DNA from: a phage
Direction: 5' to 3' (one strand)
DNA: 64,000 nucleotides
Assembly: GCA_017822615.1 (NCBI GenBank)
Contig: GCA_017822615.1_4530.1
Shown: one piece after another, positions 1-8,566 of the stretch
Numbering within the stretch: position 1 is the stretch's first letter
Layout: each line of letters opens with the position of its first letter
Made by a program: the position numbers and the translations under genes
The notes under the pieces: generated by a model
Database searches by the model: none
The model's input: only the letters and a program-made list of their open reading frames with translations
Told to the model about the DNA's origin: nothing

Positions 1-296
1 AAAAAAACTTTAAATACTGTGGGCGCGCAAAATTTTTAAAATTTTCCTTGACTTTTGAGTTTTGTTTTGTATCTAACATTTTAAGATAATTTTCCTAAAC
101 TTTAAATTTTGGTTTTCAACTTTCACTTTTGTAAATTCTTAAAAAGTTTAAATAATTTGAGGGATTTTTGAGATAAAAGATAGTGGGAATTTGATATAAC
201 CTTTAATCTTATTGGTAAACCTTCAGGAACCCACTCAGATCGAATCCTAGTGATGCAAACTGAAAAAGACAAGGGTTTGTATAGGACAAAATAACA

Positions 297-332
297 GGCT
301 CTCTACGGTGCTGTAGGAGCCTTATTTCTGTG
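297..332. terminator. hairpin terminator at end of leftward early operon (possibly bidirectional)
   Basis: GGCTCTCTAC-ggtgct-GTAGGAGCC stem-loop (297-321, one bulge) followed by TTATTTCTGTG; lies just past the stop of the 378..920 gene. Confidence 0.45.
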
Positions 333-377
333 CTACAAAGTGACACCTTTGTTCTAAAAATGAAAAAAGTTAAAATA

Positions 378-920
378 TCACAAATATCGTCTTTGCGGTA
401 TTTTGTCTGGGAAAAGTATTTCGATCAGTTTATTATGATATTTGCCTAAAAGATTCTGCCCTTTCCAGGTAGCAGGGTTTAGCACCCCTGGTTCATACAT
501 TCCCATTCCAATACCGTAAACCTTATCGTAAGGACTTGCTTCAACAAACGTTTTGTATTGGTAAAGGTGTAAGTCTGCATACAAATCTGGATTCTGTACA
601 TATTTCAAGCATAAGCCTCGCATAACAATACGCTCACGGTTCTCTTCCCACATATCATTATTAAAACCAGATACCGCTCGACCCATACGTTTGTAGTATG
701 CTTGTTTCCTCTCGTTGTCACGTATAGTTGAGTGATCAAGGATAGCTGCTGCAATCGCATGATCCTTGAACAGCAAAGCCTTACGCCACATCATATATTG
801 CTCAACACAACAGAAAGTCTCATTGTAACCTGGTTCAGTTTCTGTAAAGGGTGCAATATACCAATTACTAAACACATCTTTATGTGAAAAGAAGAATACA
901 TATTCATCAGTTATTCTCAT
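378..920 (-). CDS. NADAR-domain protein (YbiA-like, DUF1768)
   Basis: 180 aa ORF; N-terminal FFFSHKDVFSNWY...PFT and central EQYMMWRKALLF resemble the conserved NADAR/YbiA core by eye; last gene of leftward operon. Confidence 0.6.
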   Translation of the reverse strand: MRITDEYVFFFSHKDVFSNWYIAPFTETEPGYNETFCCVEQYMMWRKALLFKDHAIAAAILDHSTIRDNERKQAYYKRMGRAVSGFNNDMWEENRERIVMRGLCLKYVQNPDLYADLHLYQYKTFVEASPYDKVYGIGMGMYEPGVLNPATWKGQNLLGKYHNKLIEILFPDKIPQRRYL

Positions 921-1132
921 TTTTTCATGCCTTCTAAAACTTTAGCTTGCCCGTCTTGAAAAGCTTTCATCAGAACTATCTTAAGATTGACTTCCAAACG
1001 TTCTTCATCCTCTCTATAACAATCCAACACTGCTTTAAGTTCATCATAGTGGTTCAGAATAGGTTTAAAGATTTCATGATCTGCTAAACGTGCCATAGTT
1101 TCTCCTTTGTTAGTCCATCCACCAGTAGCCAT
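917..1132 (-). CDS. hypothetical protein
   Basis: 71 aa ORF, 4-nt overlap with downstream gene (translational coupling), same strand as operon. Confidence 0.4.
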   Translation of the reverse strand: MATGGWTNKGETMARLADHEIFKPILNHYDELKAVLDCYREDEERLEVNLKIVLMKAFQDGQAKVLEGMKK

Positions 1133-1475
1133 AAACTGCGTCTGCGTCGATGAGTTTGTGTTTGTTGTTCCGCATGTAGTCTAAGATAAGTAGACGTTTA
1201 TTGTATCTGGAGAGATTATGACCCTCTTTTCCGCCATAGTCAAAATATTTTGCAAGATCTTTACACTCAAACAAAATCAGTTCGGGAGTTTCTTCACACT
1301 GGTCTGTCTGGTACACTTGACGAATGATCATGTATACATCGTCGTCTTCCGCTAAATGCTCTACTGGTCCACATCCAGCAGGAACAAATTCATAGTCCCA
1401 TCTGATCAGATGTTTCTCTACTGCTTCAAAGAAGTCCATTCTTTCGTTGCGCATAATTTGAACGTCAACTAACAT
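1110..1475 (-). CDS. hypothetical protein
   Basis: 121 aa ORF in leftward operon; start may lie downstream of the track start. Confidence 0.4.
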   Translation of the reverse strand: MLVDVQIMRNERMDFFEAVEKHLIRWDYEFVPAGCGPVEHLAEDDDVYMIIRQVYQTDQCEETPELILFECKDLAKYFDYGGKEGHNLSRYNKRLLILDYMRNNKHKLIDADAVYGYWWMD

Positions 1476-2929
1476 GTTTCCTCCTCTCTCATTATTCCAC
1501 CTGCTTGGTTGATAGCACTTAAGACGATAGCCAAATCCTCGCGCAGGAAGGTTTCACTATGACCATCTTTCATGTGCAAGCGTTCTACACAGCCAATAGA
1601 CGGTAGAATCTGATCAGTCTTAGACTTTAGCTTACTCTCTAACGCCCTGCAAGCTTGGTAGGACGGCAGATCGAACAATGCTATACGGCGCATAGAGTAA
1701 TTGTTGTTTGCATTCTGCCCTTTGATCCTGATATCACTGTCCTTTGCAATCCCCAACTTGTAAGCTCCCGTGTCTTCTCCGTACTCATCAAGAATAATAT
1801 TGATGTAAAATTCTTGCATATTTCTGTTCTTACAGCCTGGACAACCTTTCCCATTGAGATAATCGGTAGGTGTGATCGTTTGCTCTCCATGCTCCCTACA
1901 TAGATATTTAAACTTGCTGTTATTGCTTACCTTATCAATGAATCCTATAAATTGATCCCCTCGTTCCTGGCAAGCTTTGGTCATACGGTAGGCCCATTGT
2001 TCAGGAGTGTAATGATAATATTTAGAACAACGGCAAGGAAGGCCACCCCTTTTCAAATGACTCATCTTCATCTCAAATTTATTATCGCATAAGCCTTCTT
2101 TACAATAATCATCCTCTGCACATATAGGACATTCTACAATCCAGTAAACCTGACGACCTAATCTATCTACTCTATCGCTACGATAATATTTACGCTCTAC
2201 ATTATCAGGACAAGCTTTTATAAAATCTTCAACATGTTGTTTATCCTCCATTGTATTCCTTTGTTTCGTCATTTCTCTTTGACAACTGTAGCATCCAGTC
2301 CCTTGTTTAGCACTGTTTACAGTGGTAGTGCACCATTGACCATGAACCTTACACTCACAAATCAACTTAGTGCGGGAACCGTTCCACGGTTCCACATAGC
2401 CTCTAACAATCCAGGGTTTTTCTTTATAAGCTTCTTCTACTTCTTCTTTATGTTTCTCCCATGCAATCGATGTTCTTTCTCTGTTTGCTTCTCCCATACA
2501 CTTCCTGCATCCACTCCCGTTTTTCGCAGAAGATATAGAAGTAGATCTCCACTCCCCATGTAAAGCACAACAACAAACCAGTTTAGTATTCCATCCTTTC
2601 CATTCTCCGTGCCATCCTGTAACAGTCCAAAACTTACCTGCCTGATTGTAAGTGGTTTGCACTTCTTCTTTATATTGCTCCCAGGTTTTTGATTTGTTTA
2701 TAGATACTGCTTTACTTATAATCTCCCTACCGCATTCTGGACAACCCCTCCCTAGTTTAGCGGTATTTATGCTTGTTGTTTTCCATTCTCCATGCAGAGC
2801 ACAGATGCATCTAAGTTTAGTTTTATTGCCGTTCCACGGCTCAATATAATCTACAACAGTCCAAGACTTACCTTGATAAGCTTGTTTTATATCTGTTTTA
2901 TATTGTTCCCAAGTGACTATTTTTGGCAC
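1469..2929 (-). CDS. Cys-rich protein with three tandem ~60-aa zinc-ribbon-like repeats
   Basis: 486 aa; three repeats of W-x-YK...EPWNG-x-KTKL-x-C-x-CALHGEW-x-TT/S-I...AK-x-G-x-GC-x-x-C in the N-terminal ~210 aa, then further CxxC pairs (CPICAEDDYC, CPGCKN). Confidence 0.5.
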   Translation of the reverse strand: MPKIVTWEQYKTDIKQAYQGKSWTVVDYIEPWNGNKTKLRCICALHGEWKTTSINTAKLGRGCPECGREIISKAVSINKSKTWEQYKEEVQTTYNQAGKFWTVTGWHGEWKGWNTKLVCCCALHGEWRSTSISSAKNGSGCRKCMGEANRERTSIAWEKHKEEVEEAYKEKPWIVRGYVEPWNGSRTKLICECKVHGQWCTTTVNSAKQGTGCYSCQREMTKQRNTMEDKQHVEDFIKACPDNVERKYYRSDRVDRLGRQVYWIVECPICAEDDYCKEGLCDNKFEMKMSHLKRGGLPCRCSKYYHYTPEQWAYRMTKACQERGDQFIGFIDKVSNNSKFKYLCREHGEQTITPTDYLNGKGCPGCKNRNMQEFYINIILDEYGEDTGAYKLGIAKDSDIRIKGQNANNNYSMRRIALFDLPSYQACRALESKLKSKTDQILPSIGCVERLHMKDGHSETFLREDLAIVLSAINQAGGIMREEETC

Positions 2930-2979
2930 ACCTCCCCCTTTAGCTATTAGTGCGAGCCTACAACAAAAGAATAACTAAA

Positions 2980-3013
2980 ATCCCTCCATAACAAATGCCC
3001 CTTGCGGGGCATC
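2980..3013 (-). terminator. intra-operon hairpin (ATGCCCC-ttgc-GGGGCAT)
   Basis: perfect 7-bp GC-rich stem at 2995-3012, U-rich on the minus-strand RNA downstream (rc of AACAAA); between ATPase gene and repeat-protein gene. Confidence 0.45.
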
Positions 3014-3017
3014 TTTA

Positions 3018-4157
3018 TTAGAACACGCTACCAAGTGTAGTGGAACGTTGTGTTACAGGCTCCAGCACCACTCGCAAAGTGTTTCCTGGTGTAGTGCTCA
3101 TAACCAGAATCTTACCACCTTCAATCAGATCACAAGTTAGACCATCAGCCGTTGCACATAGATCAATATGTGGATCACCATCTTCATCCAGGATAACATA
3201 ACTGTTGGTTTCCATTGCTTCCACTTCATCATCTTTCAAACTTTGTAGATAGATGTTCAGGGAACAAGCACCCGACAAAAACTTAGTAGGGGTGAAGTCG
3301 TGCCAGTTATTGATCCAATTCACCTTCAAGGTTTTGCCATTAGCTACGATAGAAGCCACATTCCATTTAGCATCGTTCCCTAAAGAAATACCCATCATTT
3401 CAAGACATTCTTTAAAAGTCATTTTTGGATAGAAATTCAATTCTTCTACAATGCCTTGAATAACATCGAAAGACAACTCTGTGCTAACATCCCATAAACG
3501 TTGGAAGTTATCTACGTGCTTTTTATTTACCAAGTTCTTATCCAAGTAATCTAACATAGTTTCACTAGACAGTTTATCGTAATTGAAACTGTAGTAGATA
3601 CGACTAGGACGGTTTACAAAATATTCCGAGATATAACCACTATTTTTAGTGAGGATGTAAAGTTTATTCCCACTTCCTGTTCCATCCAACAAGGTCAACA
3701 GTGCTTCCTGATCTTCTTTCTTAGCGTACACTTTATCAAATTCGTCAAATAAAACAACAGCACGATCTGTAATTTTACTCATAAATTCTAAGAAGCCAGC
3801 ATCTGTGTAAGGCTGTGTAACCAAAATGGTTGGAATACCTAAACCTTCTGTGGACATTAGAGACATGCTAATTAGTTTAGCTAACATCGTCTTACCACTG
3901 CCTTTTGTCCCTGTCAGTAACACCCCAGTATTTTTACCTTCTTTACTACGACGAGCAAATGTTTTAATAACATGTGCGGCGCGATCTTTAGTTTCCCCAT
4001 AAAGAGTGTTCGGAAGAGAGAAACTTTCACCACGCACTAAAGAGTAGTTACCGTGCGGATCGCAGTTGACAACCCAAACTCCAGCAGGAAGTTTATTAGC
4101 TTCAACGCCATATTCCTTATTTACAACAGCTACATCTCCAAAAATAGTGTATTTCAT
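3018..4157 (-). CDS. P-loop NTPase (AAA-type ATPase-like)
   Basis: 379 aa; Walker A GTKGSGKT and Walker B-like VVLFDEFD. Confidence 0.55.
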   Translation of the reverse strand: MKYTIFGDVAVVNKEYGVEANKLPAGVWVVNCDPHGNYSLVRGESFSLPNTLYGETKDRAAHVIKTFARRSKEGKNTGVLLTGTKGSGKTMLAKLISMSLMSTEGLGIPTILVTQPYTDAGFLEFMSKITDRAVVLFDEFDKVYAKKEDQEALLTLLDGTGSGNKLYILTKNSGYISEYFVNRPSRIYYSFNYDKLSSETMLDYLDKNLVNKKHVDNFQRLWDVSTELSFDVIQGIVEELNFYPKMTFKECLEMMGISLGNDAKWNVASIVANGKTLKVNWINNWHDFTPTKFLSGACSLNIYLQSLKDDEVEAMETNSYVILDEDGDPHIDLCATADGLTCDLIEGGKILVMSTTPGNTLRVVLEPVTQRSTTLGSVF

Positions 4158-4513
4158 TAGAACGTTTCTCCTTTTAAAATAATTACTGTAAACTTTGCAG
4201 TTTTTTCACTCTTAATATTCTTGACTAATAAGTATTCTCCTCCAGGGGCATCTTTGTATTGTTTAATAGCTACTATTTCATTTTTGCAAGTAGCTATAAT
4301 CGAATAAAAAGGACGTTCCGTGTTATCTTCTTTTCCCGTATATGCCTCAACATCTTTACACTCTTCTAGAACACCATTCCCAGGTGTATAGTAAAACTTG
4401 TTGCCTGTGATCACAACATCTTTACCAATATCTGTTTTAACTGCTACAAATTTTTGAGCGTAAGTGGTGAAGCTTACGGTAGCCAGCAATGTGGCTAAGA
4501 TTAGTTTTTTCAT
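4157..4513 (-). CDS. secreted/periplasmic protein with signal peptide
   Basis: start moved to MKKLILATLLATVSFTTYAQK (cat at 4511-4513) preceded by GGAGG RBS; classical signal peptide. Confidence 0.5.
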   Translation of the reverse strand: MKKLILATLLATVSFTTYAQKFVAVKTDIGKDVVITGNKFYYTPGNGVLEECKDVEAYTGKEDNTERPFYSIIATCKNEIVAIKQYKDAPGGEYLLVKNIKSEKTAKFTVIILKGETF

Positions 4514-4524
4514 AAACTTCCCTC

Positions 4525-4689
4525 CTATTCCCACAACATACAAATCGCAGCGACAAACATATTAGCAATAGCCGCACCAAGAACTATAAACATCGCCAGT
4601 TCAGAACAATATTCACCAACCAAAGGGGATACTATTGCACAGAGTAACCCCAATGTCAAACACAAGTTGATGATGAAGTTTAAAATCAT
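4525..4689 (-). CDS. small hydrophobic membrane protein (54 aa)
   Basis: not in ORF track (<60 aa); MILNFIINLCLTLGLLCAIVSPLVGEYCSELAMFIVLGAAIANMFVAAICMLWE, AAGGAG RBS, fills the gap between flanking genes. Confidence 0.4.
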   Translation of the reverse strand: MILNFIINLCLTLGLLCAIVSPLVGEYCSELAMFIVLGAAIANMFVAAICMLWE

Positions 4690-4698
4690 ATTCTCTCC

Positions 4699-4890
4699 TT
4701 ACAACCAACCTTTTGCCTGATAGCCTTTAGAAAATCCATCTTCCCATTCTTCGAATTCCTTTTTGTGTGTCATTGGACAATATGGATTTACTTTATTAAA
4801 CATACCAAACTTGAACCCTGCGGTATACCCCTTCTTAAAAGCTATTGATTCTAAAGAGATCATATTCTTTCTCCTCTTAGAACTCGACAA
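4699..4890 (-). CDS. hypothetical protein
   Basis: 63 aa ORF in operon. Confidence 0.35.
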   Translation of the reverse strand: MSSSKRRKNMISLESIAFKKGYTAGFKFGMFNKVNPYCPMTHKKEFEEWEDGFSKGYQAKGWL

Positions 4891-5128
4891 TGATTTTGTC
4901 TAAGTGTTCTGCTTCAACTTGGGATAATGTTAACACCTGCACCAAACCTCTGTCAATACCAATTTTAATGACTTGCAAATAATCACCAAAAAGATCTGAT
5001 AAAGAAATAGCATGTTCCGTAACTACAATAACTTCATTACCTTTAGTGTATTCTTTCCACACCCGACTACATTTATAAATGTAATCTTTTTGATCTTCAG
5101 TAATCATTTTAGGTTTGATACTTAACAT
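4877..5128 (-). CDS. hypothetical protein
   Basis: 83 aa ORF, tightly packed in operon. Confidence 0.4.
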   Translation of the reverse strand: MLSIKPKMITEDQKDYIYKCSRVWKEYTKGNEVIVVTEHAISLSDLFGDYLQVIKIGIDRGLVQVLTLSQVEAEHLDKIIVEF

Positions 5129-5493
5129 TACATACTCCCGTATTCTGGTTCAATATTATGTTTACGACAAATGGTATCCCAACGTTCATTACCAAAACTT
5201 CTTCCATGTAGAGCGTTAAATGCGAAATGCTCTGCCAACCACAATACTACATCATCAGGATCTGTGTCAAGAGGAATTCTAAACTCTCGATCATAACGCA
5301 TACGCAGAATAAAATCCTTATCATCTTCAAGGAGATACATGTGACTTTTAGCCCGTGATGCCAAATCAAAGAAAGGAGGCTCATCTTTCCAAACGTGACG
5401 CTCAACTTCAACACCATGATCTACTACCAGAGTAGCGATCACCTCTCTCATTTCTTTACTAAACATATTACCTCCATTAACCAATGAGTTCAA
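5128..5493 (-). CDS. hypothetical protein
   Basis: 121 aa ORF, start/stop overlap with neighbours. Confidence 0.4.
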   Translation of the reverse strand: MNSLVNGGNMFSKEMREVIATLVVDHGVEVERHVWKDEPPFFDLASRAKSHMYLLEDDKDFILRMRYDREFRIPLDTDPDDVVLWLAEHFAFNALHGRSFGNERWDTICRKHNIEPEYGSM

Positions 5494-5665
5494 CTGCTTT
5501 GCAGATGTAGATCCAAACCGGAGTGAGCATAAGAGCTATACCGAATGCACAATTCCACTTAATTCCCATTTCCTCTATTAGAGACATGATTAAGCCAACA
5601 GCACTAATAATCAGATAGATCCCTAAGAAAGCCATTGTGAAGAATTCAGACATATTTAGCTCCAA
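5477..5665 (-). CDS. small membrane protein
   Basis: 62 aa, two hydrophobic segments. Confidence 0.4.
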   Translation of the reverse strand: MELNMSEFFTMAFLGIYLIISAVGLIMSLIEEMGIKWNCAFGIALMLTPVWIYICKAVELIG

Positions 5666-6012
5666 AGATTATCAAAATAACTAGCGAATAAAAGACGGCC
5701 CTCTAACCGTGCCTTCCTTTGATCTTCAGCATACACGATTTCTGGATTACCACTATCAATAAAAGCATTCTCCATCTTTTCTAAAATATTTAACCACTCT
5801 CTTCTACCTGTCTCCTCTTCTTCATCTGTATACGGCGCACTTCTATTTGGATACAAAACACGCATCAGTTTAGTGGGGATCATGACAAACGTGCTATTGT
5901 TTGCCTTCTCACGGAAGGCTTTAATTCCTGCATAGATTACCTTCCCCAAAGCTGCATCCAAATCCATCAGGTCACTTTCTTCTATTTGAATTTCATCGTG
6001 TACAATTTTCAT
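5656..6012 (-). CDS. hypothetical protein
   Basis: 118 aa ORF in operon. Confidence 0.4.
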   Translation of the reverse strand: MKIVHDEIQIEESDLMDLDAALGKVIYAGIKAFREKANNSTFVMIPTKLMRVLYPNRSAPYTDEEEETGRREWLNILEKMENAFIDSGNPEIVYAEDQRKARLEGRLLFASYFDNLWS

Positions 6013-6296
6013 CGTGCCTTCTCCCGATCTGCGTCCAATTTCAACAAGAAGGTTGCATACTCTTCTGAGCCTTGATGCAAGAACATACGATAAGAACTTA
6101 CCAGTTTCTTGGTCGTTGTATAACGTTCCATTTCCCCAACAACACCTCCACCCAGGGTGTAGAGCACAACACCCTCAAACCCAACATGAGTTACTACTTC
6201 AACCAAGTCTGTGTTATCCCAATGGTAGTTAGGTGACACAATAAGATCGCCAACTGCCAGTTTAATGTTTGCTACTTCATTTTGTGAATAATACAT
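6009..6296 (-). CDS. hypothetical protein
   Basis: 95 aa ORF, ATGA overlap with downstream gene. Confidence 0.4.
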   Translation of the reverse strand: MYYSQNEVANIKLAVGDLIVSPNYHWDNTDLVEVVTHVGFEGVVLYTLGGGVVGEMERYTTTKKLVSSYRMFLHQGSEEYATFLLKLDADREKAR

Positions 6297-6308
6297 TTGG
6301 TTCTCCTC

Positions 6309-6602
6309 TCACATTAAGACACGTTTTGTATCGATGGGTGCATTATCAAACATGTTAAGAACATTGTCAAGCAGTTTTACTAATTCATTTGTAATTTGTT
6401 CTTTTGAACGGGAGGAAGTGAGCACTTTGCTTTCACCAACGATATGCATAACTTTTATAGGAGCATCTAAAATAATGTTGTGCTGACGATCCTCTTCAAA
6501 AGAAGCCAACCATTTCTCGTTGTTACCGTGTAAGGCTACAATGACACCAAAACCGTTAATTGTCTCAGAAATATTCTTAGTTGCTAAAGTAATGTTCATC
6601 AT
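6309..6602 (-). CDS. hypothetical protein (first gene of leftward operon)
   Basis: 97 aa ORF directly downstream of the divergent promoter region. Confidence 0.4.
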   Translation of the reverse strand: MMNITLATKNISETINGFGVIVALHGNNEKWLASFEEDRQHNIILDAPIKVMHIVGESKVLTSSRSKEQITNELVKLLDNVLNMFDNAPIDTKRVLM

Positions 6603-6627
6603 CTACCTCTCTTGTTAATGTTCATAT

Positions 6628-6655
6628 ATGATACCTGAAAATAATTTCAGATCAA
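6628..6655 (-). promoter_or_regulatory. sigma70-like promoter for leftward operon
   Basis: on minus strand TTGATC (-35, 6650-6655) N16 TATCAT (-10, 6628-6633). Confidence 0.4.
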
Positions 6656-6658
6656 GTA

Positions 6659-6686
6659 TTGACATGCTTTTTAGTCCTGTTAAGAT
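6659..6686 (+). promoter_or_regulatory. sigma70-like promoter for rightward operon
   Basis: TTGACA (6659-6664) N16 TAAGAT (6681-6686); AGGAG RBS and ATG at 6717 follow. Confidence 0.5.
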
Positions 6687-6716
6687 CAACTCATACAAAA
6701 CAAGAGGAGAAAACAA

Positions 6717-7151
6717 ATGCAAAACATCAAACTGACTTGGACCGAAGCTAAAGAAGCAATGAAGGAAGGTAGACGTGTTGAGCACAGTTATTTTTGCGGT
6801 GGTGAATGGTTTGAGATGCGAGATGGTGTTATTCTCGACGAACAAGGTTATAACATGGAAACTTGGTTCAGAGGGGAAGCTTGGCAGGAAGAGGGTTGGT
6901 CTGTAATTGAAAAAGAAGACAGTAAGGAAGAAGGCGTGTTGTCTAATGTAGAACGCAAGATGAGGGAAACAAAGATACCTGCTTTGGATTTTGTATACCT
7001 GGAAGAACTTGTGGCAGCATCTTTTGTAGCAGGAAATCTTTGGAATACACCTGTTAGCCGACTGGAGAACCAAAATAACCCATCTGCTCGTAATCACAAG
7101 CTTTATAAGGGTAAAGGTCACAACAAATTAAAGAAAGGAAAGAAGAAATGA
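6717..7151 (+). CDS. DUF2829-like protein (family that includes Thoeris anti-defence Tad2)
   Basis: 144 aa; N-terminal LTWTEAKEAMKEGRRVEH and later ETWFRGEAWQEEGWSV resemble the DUF2829 pattern by eye; Lys-rich tail. Confidence 0.4.
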   Translation: MQNIKLTWTEAKEAMKEGRRVEHSYFCGGEWFEMRDGVILDEQGYNMETWFRGEAWQEEGWSVIEKEDSKEEGVLSNVERKMRETKIPALDFVYLEELVAASFVAGNLWNTPVSRLENQNNPSARNHKLYKGKGHNKLKKGKKK

Positions 7152-7294
7152 TCTACAAAAACAAGTTCACTGGTTGTCTCCGTAAATTTATCGATAAGAA
7201 AGGGTATGTTTCTCTTGACAACGGGGTTACATGGACAGAGAATGGCACTTCAGAACAGCTGATCAAAGCTTTGCCTTACTACGAGGAGGTTTAA
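7148..7294 (+). CDS. small hypothetical protein (48 aa)
   Basis: not in track; ATGA overlap with upstream stop and TAAATG junction with the next gene. Confidence 0.3.
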   Translation: MIYKNKFTGCLRKFIDKKGYVSLDNGVTWTENGTSEQLIKALPYYEEV

Positions 7295-7618
7295 ATGTCA
7301 AACAGTTTGTTTAGCGTGTCAATTGCACCACGTGTCAACATCCGTTGTCAGTTTGTTACTTTACCTGGTGTAACGCATATCACATTAGAATACGATCCTC
7401 GCTCACGAGACAACCCAATCACAGGGAAAATTGATTGTGCTTATGGAGACTTTGTTATGGATCACCAAACCCTCTTATGCTGTGTGCAACGCTTACAGGC
7501 AGGATCTTTATACATCTTTAAGAAAACAGTGTTCCAAGAGATTGCTCAAGCAGTTGAAAGCGGTATGGAGACTCTTAACGTTATGATTGAAGCAGCCAAC
7601 CAGAAGGAGGTTTTATGA
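7295..7618 (+). CDS. hypothetical protein
   Basis: 107 aa, GAGGAGG RBS. Confidence 0.45.
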   Translation: MSNSLFSVSIAPRVNIRCQFVTLPGVTHITLEYDPRSRDNPITGKIDCAYGDFVMDHQTLLCCVQRLQAGSLYIFKKTVFQEIAQAVESGMETLNVMIEAANQKEVL

Positions 7619-7872
7619 CACTTTATCACGTAACCACTGAAGGCGATACCGAAGGTCGTACTACGAAAGATTTAGGGTATGTTGAAGCAGATTCCCCTGA
7701 ACACGCAATTAAGTATTTGCATTCCATCGGTAAATATGCGACTTATGAATATACTATCTACAAGGTTGAAGTTAGCCCTATACAAGTGGCAACTCCTATG
7801 GTAGAGTTGAAACATCTTAAGGCAAAAGTAAGACCTGGTATAGTGTCCGATTACAAAGGGGAGGTAAAGTGA
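7615..7872 (+). CDS. hypothetical protein
   Basis: 85 aa, ATGA overlap. Confidence 0.45.
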   Translation: MTLYHVTTEGDTEGRTTKDLGYVEADSPEHAIKYLHSIGKYATYEYTIYKVEVSPIQVATPMVELKHLKAKVRPGIVSDYKGEVK

Positions 7873-8081
7873 GTGGATGGATTAAAGTATCTGGTACCGA
7901 GGATGTTCCTATCGGAGAGTGGCTTGTAATCATGGCAAACGGCAAGAAGGGATTCTGTGAAGTTAACAAAACACGCAATGGCACGATAGCTGTTATCAAT
8001 GGTCATTTTTATTTTGACTTGGCACCTGTGATCGCATACCATGCACTACCAACATATGAAGAGGAGATTAACAATGGCTAA
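7869..8081 (+). CDS. hypothetical protein
   Basis: 70 aa, GTGA overlap with upstream gene. Confidence 0.4.
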   Translation: MSGWIKVSGTEDVPIGEWLVIMANGKKGFCEVNKTRNGTIAVINGHFYFDLAPVIAYHALPTYEEEINNG

Positions 8082-8397
8082 CAAAGAACCACATGTATAC
8101 ACTGCACTGGTAAAGCACTTGAACAAAGAACGTAACAAGATCATTGCAGATTATCGTAAATTTAAACGTAGTAGTCTAAATCGTAAATACATGCCACATG
8201 CAGCTTTTGACGCTACACGTGCAGTGTTTCGTGCAAAGATTGCAGAAATGGATAATCTGCTTAAGCTTGCACGATTATCTATTCAGGCATCCAAAGTAAC
8301 AGGAGTCACTCACTTCTTTGACTTCGATACTAAAGCACTATATGCACCAGAAGCAGGTGAACAATTGATTTATCTACTTACCAAAAATAAGTGTTGA
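8074..8397 (+). CDS. hypothetical protein
   Basis: start moved to ATG 8074 (MANKEPH...) with GAGGAG RBS at 8061-8066. Confidence 0.45.
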   Translation: MANKEPHVYTALVKHLNKERNKIIADYRKFKRSSLNRKYMPHAAFDATRAVFRAKIAEMDNLLKLARLSIQASKVTGVTHFFDFDTKALYAPEAGEQLIYLLTKNKC

Positions 8398-8422
8398 CTT
8401 TTTTCAAAAAATATGCTACCCT
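8394..8422 (+). promoter_or_regulatory. sigma70-like promoter
   Basis: TTGACT (8394-8399) N17 TACCCT (8417-8422), start of a 170-bp non-coding leader. Confidence 0.4.
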
Positions 8423-8566
8423 AACCCCGAAGGGTCGAGCGATAGCGAGTATAGATTATGTAATAGATTAATCTCTATCGTTAGATGTTCGAAGAACAGA
8501 GATTTAAGTACTTGTTCTTATCGGTAGATGATCGTAAGATCAAGAACAATAATAGGAGAGTGTGTT

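Noticed and set aside
8398-8566. tRNA gene in the 170-bp intergenic region
   Set aside because: No cloverleaf with acceptor stem, T-loop GTTC or anticodon arm could be drawn; palindromes are better explained as regulatory or structural elements.
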